From positions 1-64,000 of IMG/VR virus record IMGVR_UViG_3300031994_000101: DNA of 64,000 nt, one strand, 5' to 3'. Made by a program: the position numbers and the translations under genes. Every line of letters starts with the position of its first letter. The first letter of the stretch is position 1. The notes below the pieces were generated by a model. The model worked only from the letters and a program-made list of their open reading frames with translations, had not been told where the DNA came from and searched no databases. The stretch is from a virus. Of the stretch, positions 37,227 through 47,219 are shown one piece after another.

Positions 37227-37571
37227 ATGACGAAAATCAGCGAACTACGCAAGCGACTTGGCATGGATAGCCGCGTTGGGCAAGTGAAATGTCACAAGTG
37301 CGGCAAGACACTTGACATACCCAACATGTATTCAGAGAAAGAGCGAAACGCCGTGCTGAAACCCTACTGCTGCGCCACGACTGTGCTCATCGTACAGTGG
37401 CTCATCCATCACGGGTGGCACGTCACGACGCACGATGCCAACCCCGCCGGGGCGTACTTCTGCCCCGACTGCTTCCCCAAGGGGCAACCAGAGTACAGCC
37501 GCAGTGCAGCAGGCAAGGAGTGGTGCAAGCAGGCTGAGCAATGGATGAAAGAGAATAATGGTAAACGATAA
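37227..37571 (+). CDS. zinc-finger hypothetical protein (114 aa)
   Basis: CHKCGK..CPDCF. Confidence 0.5.
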   Translation: MTKISELRKRLGMDSRVGQVKCHKCGKTLDIPNMYSEKERNAVLKPYCCATTVLIVQWLIHHGWHVTTHDANPAGAYFCPDCFPKGQPEYSRSAAGKEWCKQAEQWMKENNGKR

Positions 37572-37604
37572 AAAACGACCACATGACTAAATCAAAAGAG
37601 CGAT

Positions 37605-38423
37605 ATGAAAGAAGAACTAATGTATTGGATCCGTAAATGGGAACTGGACGAAAATCTCATTTACAAGAAAGCCGGAGAGAAGCAAGCCGCTTTTGTCCGC
37701 AGTCAGATTTGCGGCAACCTGCTGCACACCCACGGCTTCGTGGTGAGCACACACTATTCCAAGTCGTGCGAGCTGCCAGTGTATTTCCTGAAGCTGCGCA
37801 ACGGCATCAAGCTGATTATGCGCTGCAACTTCTACGACTGGAAGGTGAGCGTAGAGATACCCGACGACTACGAGCCGCTACCCAAGGACTACCTGCCCAC
37901 CGACTGCCTCAGTCACAGCATGGTGGAGAACAAGGGCGAGAGGATAGCGCCCTGCTACATGGAGGGATTCCGCAAGGAGTGGTGCTACGATGCTTACATC
38001 CCCGAGCAGCCCGGCAAGAAATTCTCCATCGAGATACCCGACGACTGCCGCCTCTATGTCATCATCCACCGACTGAAGCACGCCTATCCCGACGTGGCAT
38101 TCGACCCATCGACCGACCATCGGACGGTGGAACAGATAAAAGAGTCTATCGACAAGATACTGGCCGACAACGGATTCCTCGACATGCGCGATGACGAGAG
38201 CTGGGGCAAACCCGTGAAGCAGAGCGTGATGAGCGCTTGGGAAATCATCTGGCAGACCTACCAGAAGATGGACGATTTGTATTACGCCGGAAAGATGACC
38301 GGCAAGGAGATGCCGACGGTTTCAGAGGATTCGCAGGAGTACGCCAAGGTCATCATGCGCTTCCCAGAAGTACACGAGGAGTTCCTGCGTGAGGAATGTA
38401 TGTATAACGATAAGATAGACTGA
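37605..38423 (+). CDS. hypothetical protein (272 aa)
   Basis: ORF; AAAAGAGCGATATG. Confidence 0.5.
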   Translation: MKEELMYWIRKWELDENLIYKKAGEKQAAFVRSQICGNLLHTHGFVVSTHYSKSCELPVYFLKLRNGIKLIMRCNFYDWKVSVEIPDDYEPLPKDYLPTDCLSHSMVENKGERIAPCYMEGFRKEWCYDAYIPEQPGKKFSIEIPDDCRLYVIIHRLKHAYPDVAFDPSTDHRTVEQIKESIDKILADNGFLDMRDDESWGKPVKQSVMSAWEIIWQTYQKMDDLYYAGKMTGKEMPTVSEDSQEYAKVIMRFPEVHEEFLREECMYNDKID

Positions 38424-38429
38424 CACCGT

Positions 38430-39053
38430 ATGAAACTACTGCGCAAGACACTCGACTTCTTCAATATCCACCCCGACCACAACCAGCGGTGGACGCTGAC
38501 GACGCTGTTCCTGACGGGGTTGCTCTACACTTATGTTGAGCCAGCCATCACCAAGGCGTGGATTTCGGAGTTGCCCGCCGAGTGGCTGGCATTCCAGTCG
38601 CTCACCTACAGCGTTGTGGGTCTCGTGATTGGCATGATATGGAAGGGCCGGCTGCGCCGCTGGGCTGTCCGGTGGTTTACGGTGCTCTGCATCATCGAGT
38701 CGGCGGCAGGCTTCCTCGTCGGCATGTGGCTCTGCTTCGTGGACTACAACGTGTGGGTACTCGCCATCGCCTGCCTGCTCTACGGCACGTTGGTGTCGGA
38801 GTTCATCGGAAAGTGTCTGATGACCTTCCGCCCCAAGCTGTGGAACGAGAAGGAGCGCGAGGTGTACGACAACAACAACGACGTGGTGTGCGGCATCTAC
38901 TGCATCGTGGGCTACGTCTGCGCCCTCGTCTGCATGCCATCGCTGCAGGTGGCCATGTTCGTGTTTGGACTGACCTGCGGGCTCGACAACATCGGTTGGC
39001 TTGTGGTGTACCACAAGAACCGCGACCGCTTCCGGGAGTTAGATAACGAGTAA
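38430..39053 (+). CDS. integral membrane protein (207 aa, multi-TM)
   Basis: ORF, hydrophobic stretches. Confidence 0.5.
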   Translation: MKLLRKTLDFFNIHPDHNQRWTLTTLFLTGLLYTYVEPAITKAWISELPAEWLAFQSLTYSVVGLVIGMIWKGRLRRWAVRWFTVLCIIESAAGFLVGMWLCFVDYNVWVLAIACLLYGTLVSEFIGKCLMTFRPKLWNEKEREVYDNNNDVVCGIYCIVGYVCALVCMPSLQVAMFVFGLTCGLDNIGWLVVYHKNRDRFRELDNE

Positions 39054-39079
39054 AACATTTAATTATTTATAAGAACGAT

Positions 39080-39571
39080 ATGAAACAGACAGACAACAAC
39101 GCAATTAAGTTTGAACCCGGCGACATCGTGGAGGTGACCGCCGACATGACACTTAGCACTGACGACGGCGGTACGACTCTTTTAATGTTTGGCCGCGAGG
39201 GAGAGGTAGTAGCACAATACACCGACTGGGGAGGCAACGAGGCAGTACTCGTCAAGTTCGACGGGTTCACCCGCCCCATCCTCGCCTCCGACCTCGCCCT
39301 GAAGCAGAAGGCCGAGAAGTCGCTCCGCCAGATAGCCGAGGAGAAGGTGGAGCCGATGAAGCGCGAGAACGACCCCGCCGCCTGCACCATCGACCCCGCC
39401 CTCTACTGCCAACTGAGCCGCCTGGGCATCCTCGACACATCGGTACGCTCGCACAACGTCGGCGAGAGCGACTACTCGCAACGCATCATCCAGCCGTGGA
39501 GCATCATCCAGGAGTACCGGCTTAACTACTGGGACGGCGACATCATCAAGCGCGTGCTGCGCCACAAGTAG
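39080..39571 (+). CDS. hypothetical protein (163 aa)
   Basis: ORF; AAGAACGATATG. Confidence 0.5.
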   Translation: MKQTDNNAIKFEPGDIVEVTADMTLSTDDGGTTLLMFGREGEVVAQYTDWGGNEAVLVKFDGFTRPILASDLALKQKAEKSLRQIAEEKVEPMKRENDPAACTIDPALYCQLSRLGILDTSVRSHNVGESDYSQRIIQPWSIIQEYRLNYWDGDIIKRVLRHK

Positions 39572-39655
39572 AGCGACCCCCGCCGACTGGACTACGAGAA
39601 AATCATTCACATCTGCGAGGAGCGCATCCGGCAGATAGAGAAGGAGGACTGACCG

Positions 39656-40009
39656 ATGAAAGCAAAGAAGCCTAACGAAATACGCGAAGAGGTGCGAAAG
39701 CAGGTGGCCGCGAAATATAAAGAAGAAATCGAGCGGCTGAAGAAACTCGCCAAAGACCGCTGGGACAACTACATCGACGCGACCAAACGACTGTCGGATC
39801 TCTATGACGAGAATGCCCTGCTGAAAGAAAAGGTTGCCGCTCAGCAGGAATGGATAGAGCGACTGATGGAGTTTATCAACATGCCCGACGAGAAACGCGG
39901 CGCGGCTGTCAAGGAGTACGTAGAGAACCGCAAGATATCCGAACAGTTCCGCGAACTGTTCAGCCCCTACTTCGATGCGCTCAACCGCCTCAATATTCTT
40001 AGTCTGTAA
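39656..40009 (+). CDS. coiled-coil hypothetical protein (117 aa)
   Basis: ORF preceded by GGAGGACTGACCG-ATG. Confidence 0.5.
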   Translation: MKAKKPNEIREEVRKQVAAKYKEEIERLKKLAKDRWDNYIDATKRLSDLYDENALLKEKVAAQQEWIERLMEFINMPDEKRGAAVKEYVENRKISEQFRELFSPYFDALNRLNILSL

Positions 40010-40029
40010 TCACACATTTAATTATTTCT

Positions 40030-40875
40030 ATGAGCAATTTGTTAAAGATGAACTATGATTTTCCAGAGGCCGAGGGGCTGGTGGTGTGCGGCGACATTCA
40101 CGGCAAGTTTGACGAGCTGGTGTATCGCATGACGGTGCTGTGCCAGATGGAGCACACGGTGGTCATCGTGGCTGGCGACTGCGGTTTCGGGTTCCACCGG
40201 CGCAGGTACTACGACGAAGTGTATAGGCGCGTGCTGCCGAAGCTGGAGCGTGCCGACTGCCATGTGGTCTTTGTGCGCGGCAACCATGACAATCCAGCCT
40301 ACTTCGACGGTGAGGAAATCAGCATGAAGCGCTGGGTGGCCGTCAGCGACTATTCGACCGTCACCGTCGCAGGCCACCGCGTGCTGTGTGTCGGCGGGGC
40401 GACGAGTGTTGACAGGAAGAACCGGGATAGTTTTATTCCTCTTGAAAGAAGAGTTCAGCGGCTTTATGAGACTGCCGAGATGCGGCGCTCAAACGAACAC
40501 ATGGAATATATATGCCGCTTTGAACCTGCAGACTACTGGACGAAGGAACAACCCTATATCGACGATTCAGCACTGGCACGGCTGCACCGTGAGGGCAAGA
40601 CGGTGGACTCGGTAGTGACCCACGTCGCCCCCTCGATGTGTGAGGACGTGGTGCCGCCTTCATGGCTGGAGTACCTGATAGAGAACGACCCGACCCTGCC
40701 CGACGACATGCGTCACGACCGGGAAGTGATGGACGCCATTTTGGAGCGGCTGCGCAAGCACTGCCACCCCGTGCGTCACTGGCTTTACGGTCACTATCAC
40801 CACTCCTGGCAAGCCGAAATCGACGGCATCCGCTACACGATGCTGAAGGAAATGGAAATGAAGGAACTGAGGTAA
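40030..40875 (+). CDS. metallophosphoesterase (calcineurin-like Ser/Thr phosphatase family)
   Basis: VVCGDIHG, VAGDCGFG, VRGNHDNP motifs. Confidence 0.7.
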   Translation: MSNLLKMNYDFPEAEGLVVCGDIHGKFDELVYRMTVLCQMEHTVVIVAGDCGFGFHRRRYYDEVYRRVLPKLERADCHVVFVRGNHDNPAYFDGEEISMKRWVAVSDYSTVTVAGHRVLCVGGATSVDRKNRDSFIPLERRVQRLYETAEMRRSNEHMEYICRFEPADYWTKEQPYIDDSALARLHREGKTVDSVVTHVAPSMCEDVVPPSWLEYLIENDPTLPDDMRHDREVMDAILERLRKHCHPVRHWLYGHYHHSWQAEIDGIRYTMLKEMEMKELR

Positions 40876-40920
40876 TCAGCGAAAATAGTACTAACATTTT
40901 AAGCAACATTAGAAAGAAAT

Positions 40921-41220
40921 ATGGCAAGAACAATTATTTCAAGAAAACAGGCAATCTCTGACCTCAGAGAAATGTTTGAGTTACCCGCCGAAGGTAAGCG
41001 ACAGGACGATGACGGGTGTTCTTTCTGTAGCGAGAAAGAGAACGATACGGCGGCTTTCTGCATCGACAAAAAACATTTTGAACGCTATGAAGTGTTACAG
41101 AAACTAAGCGAGTATTTTGACGACAAAGTGATAGACGGCGGATGGTGCAGGGTTGATAACATTACATTCGTATGGACTCAGTTTTGGATTGAGCTGGTCA
41201 AGAAGGAGGGTGCAGAATGA
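40921..41220 (+). CDS. hypothetical protein (99 aa)
   Basis: ORF. Confidence 0.45.
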   Translation: MARTIISRKQAISDLREMFELPAEGKRQDDDGCSFCSEKENDTAAFCIDKKHFERYEVLQKLSEYFDDKVIDGGWCRVDNITFVWTQFWIELVKKEGAE

Positions 41221-41846
41221 CTAAGGAAGAAATTAAGGAACTGAAAGTCGGCACAAGCGTTATGCACAAACGTTACGGAGAGTGTGTCGTAAAGGACATA
41301 CTTAATGTCGGAGTAGTGCTGATACCAAAGACTGCAAGAGGAAGAACCATGATCCTTATCGACTACGGAAAGGAAGCTCCCGTACTGGAAGATAATATCG
41401 GTAATATAAAACACCTGCAAGAACGTATGACCAATGAAAGACCAATGACCGCTGCCGAGCACAATGCGCAGGTGGAAGCTGAACGCAGGGCCTATCACGA
41501 GCGGCGGTGCCGCGAGAGCGAGGGCTACAAGCGGGTGTACGAGTATATCACCGGAGCATTCCAGAGGGTGCGCGAGCAAGTGAGCCAGGGACTTACGATG
41601 ACGCAGCAGACCATGCAGCAATGCAATGCGGACGCGACGGGCGCAACGATACCCTGCGAAGGCACCGCCCCGAAGGTGGACTCCCTCTCCAGTCTCTTTG
41701 CCGTCGGCATCCTCGGCTGGATGCTTGGCATCCCCATCGGCGACCCTGACTTCCAGCTCGACTTGGAGGCCGACAAGGAATACATCGAAGAATATGTCAA
41801 GGCCGAGACCGAGTTCATCCACCGTCTCGTGCCGGAGGTAAGGTAA
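41217..41846 (+). CDS. hypothetical protein (209 aa)
   Basis: ORF. Confidence 0.5.
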   Translation: MTKEEIKELKVGTSVMHKRYGECVVKDILNVGVVLIPKTARGRTMILIDYGKEAPVLEDNIGNIKHLQERMTNERPMTAAEHNAQVEAERRAYHERRCRESEGYKRVYEYITGAFQRVREQVSQGLTMTQQTMQQCNADATGATIPCEGTAPKVDSLSSLFAVGILGWMLGIPIGDPDFQLDLEADKEYIEEYVKAETEFIHRLVPEVR

Positions 41847-41867
41847 CAAACAAAAGACATTACAACA

Positions 41868-42830
41868 ATGATTGATCCCGACAATATCTACAACATGGAC
41901 TGCCTCGAAGGACTGCGGCAGATGGAGGACGCGACGGTGGACTGCTGCGTCACGTCGCCGCCCTACTTCGCCCTGCGCGACTACGGCTGCGAGGGACAGA
42001 TAGGACTGGAGCAGTCGCCGGAGGAGTACATCGCCCGGCTCTGCGACGTGTTCCGCGAGGTGCTGCGCGTGATGAAGCCCGAGGCGACGTGCTGGGTGGT
42101 AATCGGCGACACCTACGCCGGCAGCAACAAGGGTGCGGCCTGCTACCCCGACAACGCCAAACTCTATCTGCAGGGCACCAACGCGGGGACGCTCGACCGC
42201 GCCACCTCCTACCGCTTCGACACCGTGGCTAAGGATCGCGACCTGATAGGCATACCCTGGATGCTGGCCTTTGCCCTGCGCGACATGGGCTTCTATTTGC
42301 GGCAGGATATCATCTGGCAGAAGCCTAACCCGATGCCGGAGAGCGTGAAGAACCGCTGCACCAAGTCACACGAGCACATCTTCCTGCTTACCAAGCAGCC
42401 ACGCTACTACTTCAGCGTCGATGCGCTGCGCGAGCCTGCCAACACCGGCATCCGTGCCCATGAGTATAACCACCGCAAGGTGAAATTTACCGTCCAAGGG
42501 CACCGGAATGTGCAGTTTCGTGGCGGCAACCAGAGCGACAGTTTCCGCAATAAGCGCGACGTGTGGCCGATACTGGTCAAGCCCGGCTACGAGGGCCACC
42601 ACGCCACCTTCCCCGTGGAGCTGCCTCTGCAGTGCATTGCCCTCGGCTGCCCAGTGGGGGGGGTAGTTCTCGATCCTTTTATGGGCACGGCCACCACTGC
42701 CGTCGCCGCATACCGCATCAGACGCCACTATGTGGGTTTCGAGCTGTCGCCCGACTATCACGCTATCTGTCTGGAGCGCCTGCGCCAGGAGCGACAGCAG
42801 CAGCGGTTGGAGTTTGAGGAGGAAGAATGA
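41868..42830 (+). CDS. DNA methyltransferase, beta-class (N6-adenine or N4-cytosine; SPPY)
   Basis: N-terminal CVTSPPY (motif IV) and C-terminal VLDPFMGTATTAVAA (motif I). Confidence 0.8.
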   Translation: MIDPDNIYNMDCLEGLRQMEDATVDCCVTSPPYFALRDYGCEGQIGLEQSPEEYIARLCDVFREVLRVMKPEATCWVVIGDTYAGSNKGAACYPDNAKLYLQGTNAGTLDRATSYRFDTVAKDRDLIGIPWMLAFALRDMGFYLRQDIIWQKPNPMPESVKNRCTKSHEHIFLLTKQPRYYFSVDALREPANTGIRAHEYNHRKVKFTVQGHRNVQFRGGNQSDSFRNKRDVWPILVKPGYEGHHATFPVELPLQCIALGCPVGGVVLDPFMGTATTAVAAYRIRRHYVGFELSPDYHAICLERLRQERQQQRLEFEEEE

Positions 42831-42883
42831 CAGACAATTTATAACAAGAGATTACAACCCTTTAATATTAAACTAACAAAATT

Positions 42884-43324
42884 ATGGAAAATTGGATTTT
42901 AGTTAAAAACCTGGATGGCGAAGATATAAAAGTTCGCCAGAACCGTGCTTACGGTGACATCTTTGTTGACGAGCAAGGTAGGGAATACGTGGCGAGTGTT
43001 CTTGACTTTACCGGCGCACGTCTTGAGATACCCGACTTCAACGAGCAGAACAAAGAGGACCTGAATACGCTGAAGGATATGATGAAGTCGATGGACGCCA
43101 AGGCCATTGCCGACCATAAGGCCGTGATTGACGAGTTTGAGTATTGGAGAAAGTTGCGTGGTGAAATTTTCATGGAAATGTATCGCGACCACTTGGTCAA
43201 GAACGACGGCAGAAAGTCTGAGGACGATCTGCTGAACAAGACAAAGTACCTTGTCAATCAGCTGTGGCAACAAGACCAGGATTTCACATCTGACAAAAAG
43301 GTGTTTCATATTCCTGTCAAATGA
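42884..43324 (+). CDS. hypothetical protein (146 aa)
   Basis: ORF. Confidence 0.5.
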   Translation: MENWILVKNLDGEDIKVRQNRAYGDIFVDEQGREYVASVLDFTGARLEIPDFNEQNKEDLNTLKDMMKSMDAKAIADHKAVIDEFEYWRKLRGEIFMEMYRDHLVKNDGRKSEDDLLNKTKYLVNQLWQQDQDFTSDKKVFHIPVK

Positions 43325-44946
43325 ATAAAACATTAACGCGCATGAAACAAATAACAGCATTATACATCGACCTGTTCTGCGGGGCAGGCGGCACGTCGAG
43401 CGGCGTGGAGTATGCGCGACTGGACGGGAGGAAGTGTGCCGAGGTGGTGGCGTGCGTCAACCATGACGCGAATGCCATCAGGTCGCACAAGGCAAACCAC
43501 CCGCACACGCTCCACTTCACCGAGGACATCCGCACGCTGGAGCTGTCGCCGATGGTGAAGCATCTGGAGAAGAAGCGGCGTCAGTACCCCAAGGCAAAGG
43601 TGGTGCTGTGGGCGAGCCTTGAATGTACGAACTTCTCGAAGGCGAAGGGCGGACAGCCGCGCGATGCCGACAGCCGGACGCTGGCCGACCACCTGTTCCG
43701 CTACATCGAGGCGCTGCAGCCCGACTATATCCAGATTGAGAACGTGGAGGAGTTTATGTGCTGGGGTGCGCTCGACGAGAACGGCAAGCCCGTGAGCCGT
43801 GACCAGGGCAGCGACTACCTGCGGTGGGTGAGACAGGTACAGGCCTACGGCTACGACTTCGACTGGCACGTGCTGAACGCTGCCGACTTCGGGGCCTACA
43901 CCTCACGCAAGCGCTTCTTCGGGCTGTTCGCCCGCAAGGGACTGCCGATAGCGTTCCCCGAACAGACCTTCGCCAAGAACGGCGACGAGGGCGGCATGTT
44001 CCATCAGTACCGGCGGTGGCGGGCCGTGCGCGACGTGCTTGACCTCGACGACGACGGCGAGAGCATCTTTGTGCGCCGCAAGCCGCTATGCGAGAAGACA
44101 CTGGAGCGCATCTATGCCGGACTGGTGAAGTTCGTGGCGGGAGGCAAGAAGCGGCACGAGGCGTGGATATTGAAGTACAACTCGATGAACCGGCAGAACC
44201 ATCACAATGCACCGTCCATCGACGAGCCGTGCCCCACGGTGGCCTGCCAGAACAGGCTCGGACTGGTGAAGTGCCAGTTCCTCTCGAAGCAGTTCAGCGG
44301 CGACCCCGACAGCAAGAACATAGACATCGAGCAGCCCGCCGGCACCGTGACAACCATCGACCACCATGCCTTCGTGACGGCATACTACGGCAACGGATTC
44401 AATTCGTCGATTGACAGTCCGGCGCCCACCGTCACCACCAAGGACAGAATTTCGCTGGTGACGACAAAGTTCATGGATAACCAGTACGGCAAGAGCAAGC
44501 CGTCATCTATCGACGGGCCAGCGCCGACGCTTGTCAACAATCCCAAGCAGAAGATTGTGTCGGCGCAATACCTGATGAACCCTCAGTATCAGAGCGACGG
44601 CGGCAGCATCGACAACCCTTGCTTCACGCTGATAGCCCGGATGGATAAGATGCCGCCATACCTGATTACCACTAAGGAGGGCATGGTGGGTATCGCCATC
44701 TATGAGAGCGACAGCCCCTGGACGCGCAAGGTGAAGGAGTTCATGGCCGCATACGGCATTGTTGACATTTGCATGCGCATGCTTAACATCGGTGAGCTGA
44801 AGCGCATCATGGGCTTCCCCACCGACTACGTGCTTATCGGCACGCAGGCCGAACAGAAGAAATACATCGGCAATGCGGTCGAGGTGAACATGAGCCGCGT
44901 GCTCTGCGAAGCCCTGTGCAGGAAGATTAAGAGTATGAATCAATAA
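43321..44946 (+). CDS. DNA (cytosine-5)-methyltransferase (541 aa)
   Basis: LFCGAGG (I), IENVEEF (VI), ..RIMGFPTDY..GNAVEV (IX/X). Confidence 0.75.
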   Translation: MNKTLTRMKQITALYIDLFCGAGGTSSGVEYARLDGRKCAEVVACVNHDANAIRSHKANHPHTLHFTEDIRTLELSPMVKHLEKKRRQYPKAKVVLWASLECTNFSKAKGGQPRDADSRTLADHLFRYIEALQPDYIQIENVEEFMCWGALDENGKPVSRDQGSDYLRWVRQVQAYGYDFDWHVLNAADFGAYTSRKRFFGLFARKGLPIAFPEQTFAKNGDEGGMFHQYRRWRAVRDVLDLDDDGESIFVRRKPLCEKTLERIYAGLVKFVAGGKKRHEAWILKYNSMNRQNHHNAPSIDEPCPTVACQNRLGLVKCQFLSKQFSGDPDSKNIDIEQPAGTVTTIDHHAFVTAYYGNGFNSSIDSPAPTVTTKDRISLVTTKFMDNQYGKSKPSSIDGPAPTLVNNPKQKIVSAQYLMNPQYQSDGGSIDNPCFTLIARMDKMPPYLITTKEGMVGIAIYESDSPWTRKVKEFMAAYGIVDICMRMLNIGELKRIMGFPTDYVLIGTQAEQKKYIGNAVEVNMSRVLCEALCRKIKSMNQ

Positions 44947-44962
44947 AAAACAAAAGAGCGAT

Positions 44963-45910
44963 ATGAAAATCTTATCAAGACCTAAGAAGAATGCCGAGGA
45001 ATATGGCAAGTGGGCGGTGAACCCGTATGTCGGATGCAGCAACCAGTGTGAGTACTGCTATCTGCGGAAAGGTCCGTCGGGCAAATACCTCGGGCAAGAC
45101 CAACCCGTGCTGAAGAAAGGTGTGGTGAATGAGGAACATGCCTATCACCTGGCGATGGCCGAAATCATCGAACACAAGGACGAAATCATCCGCGACGGCG
45201 GACTGTTCTTCACCTTCACCAGTGACCCGTGCCTGCCGACAACGTGTGGCCTAACATTCCCAATAGCGGCTGATGCCATGAACTACGGAATACCCGTGAC
45301 GCTGTTGACAAAAAACGCTGACTTTTGCGGAATGGAAAATCCGTCAGTGCAGCTATTCACAGTGGCCTATCAGGTCAATTCATGGCTGACGCACATCGTC
45401 ATATTCAAAAACACCTACCAAGAACGTCTCGCCATCGGTTTTACGCTAACGGGACGCGACGATTTGGAACCATTGGCATCGTCAAACCAAAAACGTATTA
45501 ACGCTTTGGAATACCTGAACGGCGAAGGATGGCTCACCTGGGCCAGCATCGAGCCGGTCATTGACTTCGACTCCAGCCTGCGCATGATACAGCAGGCGCT
45601 CGACGCGGGCTGTCAGCACTTCAAGATTGGGCTGATGACTGAGCACACGAAGGTATGCCGACGGGGCTTCACGCTGGGCGGCAAGACATTCGAGCCCTAC
45701 GACCCCGCCCGTTGCCTGGCCTTCGTGCAGGACGTGATGCAGCAGACGCGAGACCGCGCCACGGTGTACTGGAAGCAATCTTTCCGCGACTTCATTGGCG
45801 GCACCGGCAAGCACCGTCTCTTTACCGACGACGAGCTGCACAAGATCTTCGACGACTATTCCAATGCCGTCGGCAAGGACTGGAGTATGTTCAACCCTCA
45901 AAACAGATAG
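44963..45910 (+). CDS. radical SAM protein, SplB/DNA-photolyase-like family
   Basis: VNPYVGCSNQCEYCY signature (NPYxGCxxxCxYCY). Confidence 0.65.
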   Translation: MKILSRPKKNAEEYGKWAVNPYVGCSNQCEYCYLRKGPSGKYLGQDQPVLKKGVVNEEHAYHLAMAEIIEHKDEIIRDGGLFFTFTSDPCLPTTCGLTFPIAADAMNYGIPVTLLTKNADFCGMENPSVQLFTVAYQVNSWLTHIVIFKNTYQERLAIGFTLTGRDDLEPLASSNQKRINALEYLNGEGWLTWASIEPVIDFDSSLRMIQQALDAGCQHFKIGLMTEHTKVCRRGFTLGGKTFEPYDPARCLAFVQDVMQQTRDRATVYWKQSFRDFIGGTGKHRLFTDDELHKIFDDYSNAVGKDWSMFNPQNR

Positions 45911-45914
45911 CACT

Positions 45915-46100
45915 ATGGTACATTTTGGTAAAACGCAGGACGACGAACTGCAGATTATCGTCACCGGCGAGGACATCGAGTCGCTGCGCTGCATGATTGT
46001 CTCGTCATCGCTCATGGAGCGCCGCACGTTCTATGGGCTGAAAGAGTATATCGAGACAGAGTATAAGAACATTATCACCGGCAAGGTGAAGAATAAATAA
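45915..46100 (+). CDS. small hypothetical protein (61 aa)
   Basis: ATG 45915 in frame. Confidence 0.35.
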   Translation: MVHFGKTQDDELQIIVTGEDIESLRCMIVSSSLMERRTFYGLKEYIETEYKNIITGKVKNK

Positions 46101-46153
46101 TTTTTAATAACAATTTCCCCGACCGGAAGGGAGGGCTTAAAAAATTTAAAACA

Positions 46154-46618
46154 ATGAGATCAAAAACAGCAACATGGTTTGAGTGCAAGATTCGTTACGA
46201 GAAGACAATGGAAGACGGCTTGCAGAAGAAAGTGACAGAACAGTATGTCGTGGATGCCCTCAGTTTCAGCGAGGCCGAGCAGCGCATCATCGAGGAAATG
46301 TCCGCATACATCAGCGACGAGTATGAAATCACCGACGTGAAGAAGGCACCCTACAAGGAGGTGTTCTTCAGCGATGCAGACCTGGAGGACCGCTACTACA
46401 AGGCCAAGCTCCAGTTCATCACCATCGACGAGAAGACCAACAAGGAGAAGCGCAGCAACGTCACCTACCTGGTGCAGGCCGCCACGCTCGACGGCGCAGT
46501 CAAGAACATCAACGAAGTGATGGACGGCACGATGATAGACTACGAGAAGTCGAACATCGCCGAGACGAAGGTGATGGATGTTTTCGAGTACAAGAAGGAG
46601 GAGGACAGCGAAGAATAA
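46154..46618 (+). CDS. hypothetical protein (154 aa)
   Basis: ORF after A/T-box+GGAA hairpin element; followed by GC hairpin. Confidence 0.5.
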   Translation: MRSKTATWFECKIRYEKTMEDGLQKKVTEQYVVDALSFSEAEQRIIEEMSAYISDEYEITDVKKAPYKEVFFSDADLEDRYYKAKLQFITIDEKTNKEKRSNVTYLVQAATLDGAVKNINEVMDGTMIDYEKSNIAETKVMDVFEYKKEEDSEE

Positions 46619-46625
46619 AGAATGA

Positions 46626-46674
46626 GACCCCACCCTTGCCCCTCCCCCTGTATGGGAGGAGCAGGGGTGGGGTC
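46626..46674 (+). terminator. GC-rich hairpin (GACCCCACCC...GGGTGGGGTC) after stop of 46154..46618
   Basis: 10-bp outer stem plus inner CCCCTCCCCC/GGGAGG pairing; no clear U-tract. Confidence 0.4.
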
Positions 46675-46699
46675 AGTAACTTGTAAAAATGAAAGCGTT

Positions 46700-47029
46700 A
46701 TGAACGAACAAGTAGACATTCTGAACCTGCTGAAGGACAAGTCGGAACTGCTGAAGTACATCCTCGACATGATAGCATCGAGCGACAAGTTCGCCCGCAA
46801 TCTGCCCGAACTGCGCCAGCGCGGCTGGTCGGAACAGGGAATGCTCGACAAGGTGCTGGAAATCTCAGCCATCCAGTCGCAGCAGATCAAACACCTCGCA
46901 CTGATAGCCCTGCTGCTGGTGCAGTCGGACGACTTCAACACGATGGTGGTAAAGATGATGGTCAATATGGGGCGCGGCGACGAAGCCCTCAGCGCCATGT
47001 TCGATGCAAAACTAAAAGGAAAGGACTGA
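46700..47029 (+). CDS. hypothetical protein (109 aa)
   Basis: ATG 46700 after hairpin; track ORF starts inside hairpin. Confidence 0.45.
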   Translation: MNEQVDILNLLKDKSELLKYILDMIASSDKFARNLPELRQRGWSEQGMLDKVLEISAIQSQQIKHLALIALLLVQSDDFNTMVVKMMVNMGRGDEALSAMFDAKLKGKD

Positions 47030-47033
47030 GCGT

Positions 47034-47219
47034 ATGGCAACAATCAAGGATATGGCTTTCGACTATTCTTTGCAGCGAGGCCACGGCAAGAAATCGTATG
47101 AGCACTACATGGCTGGTGCCCGTGCCGTCATCCGCAAGATACAGGAAGCCTACAACATCAGGGGCATCGACACGATGGTTGACCAGATTAACAGCCTCAT
47201 TGAAGAGTTGAAAGAATAA
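47034..47219 (+). CDS. hypothetical protein (61 aa)
   Basis: ORF preceded by AAGGACTGAGCGT-ATG. Confidence 0.4.
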   Translation: MATIKDMAFDYSLQRGHGKKSYEHYMAGARAVIRKIQEAYNIRGIDTMVDQINSLIEELKE

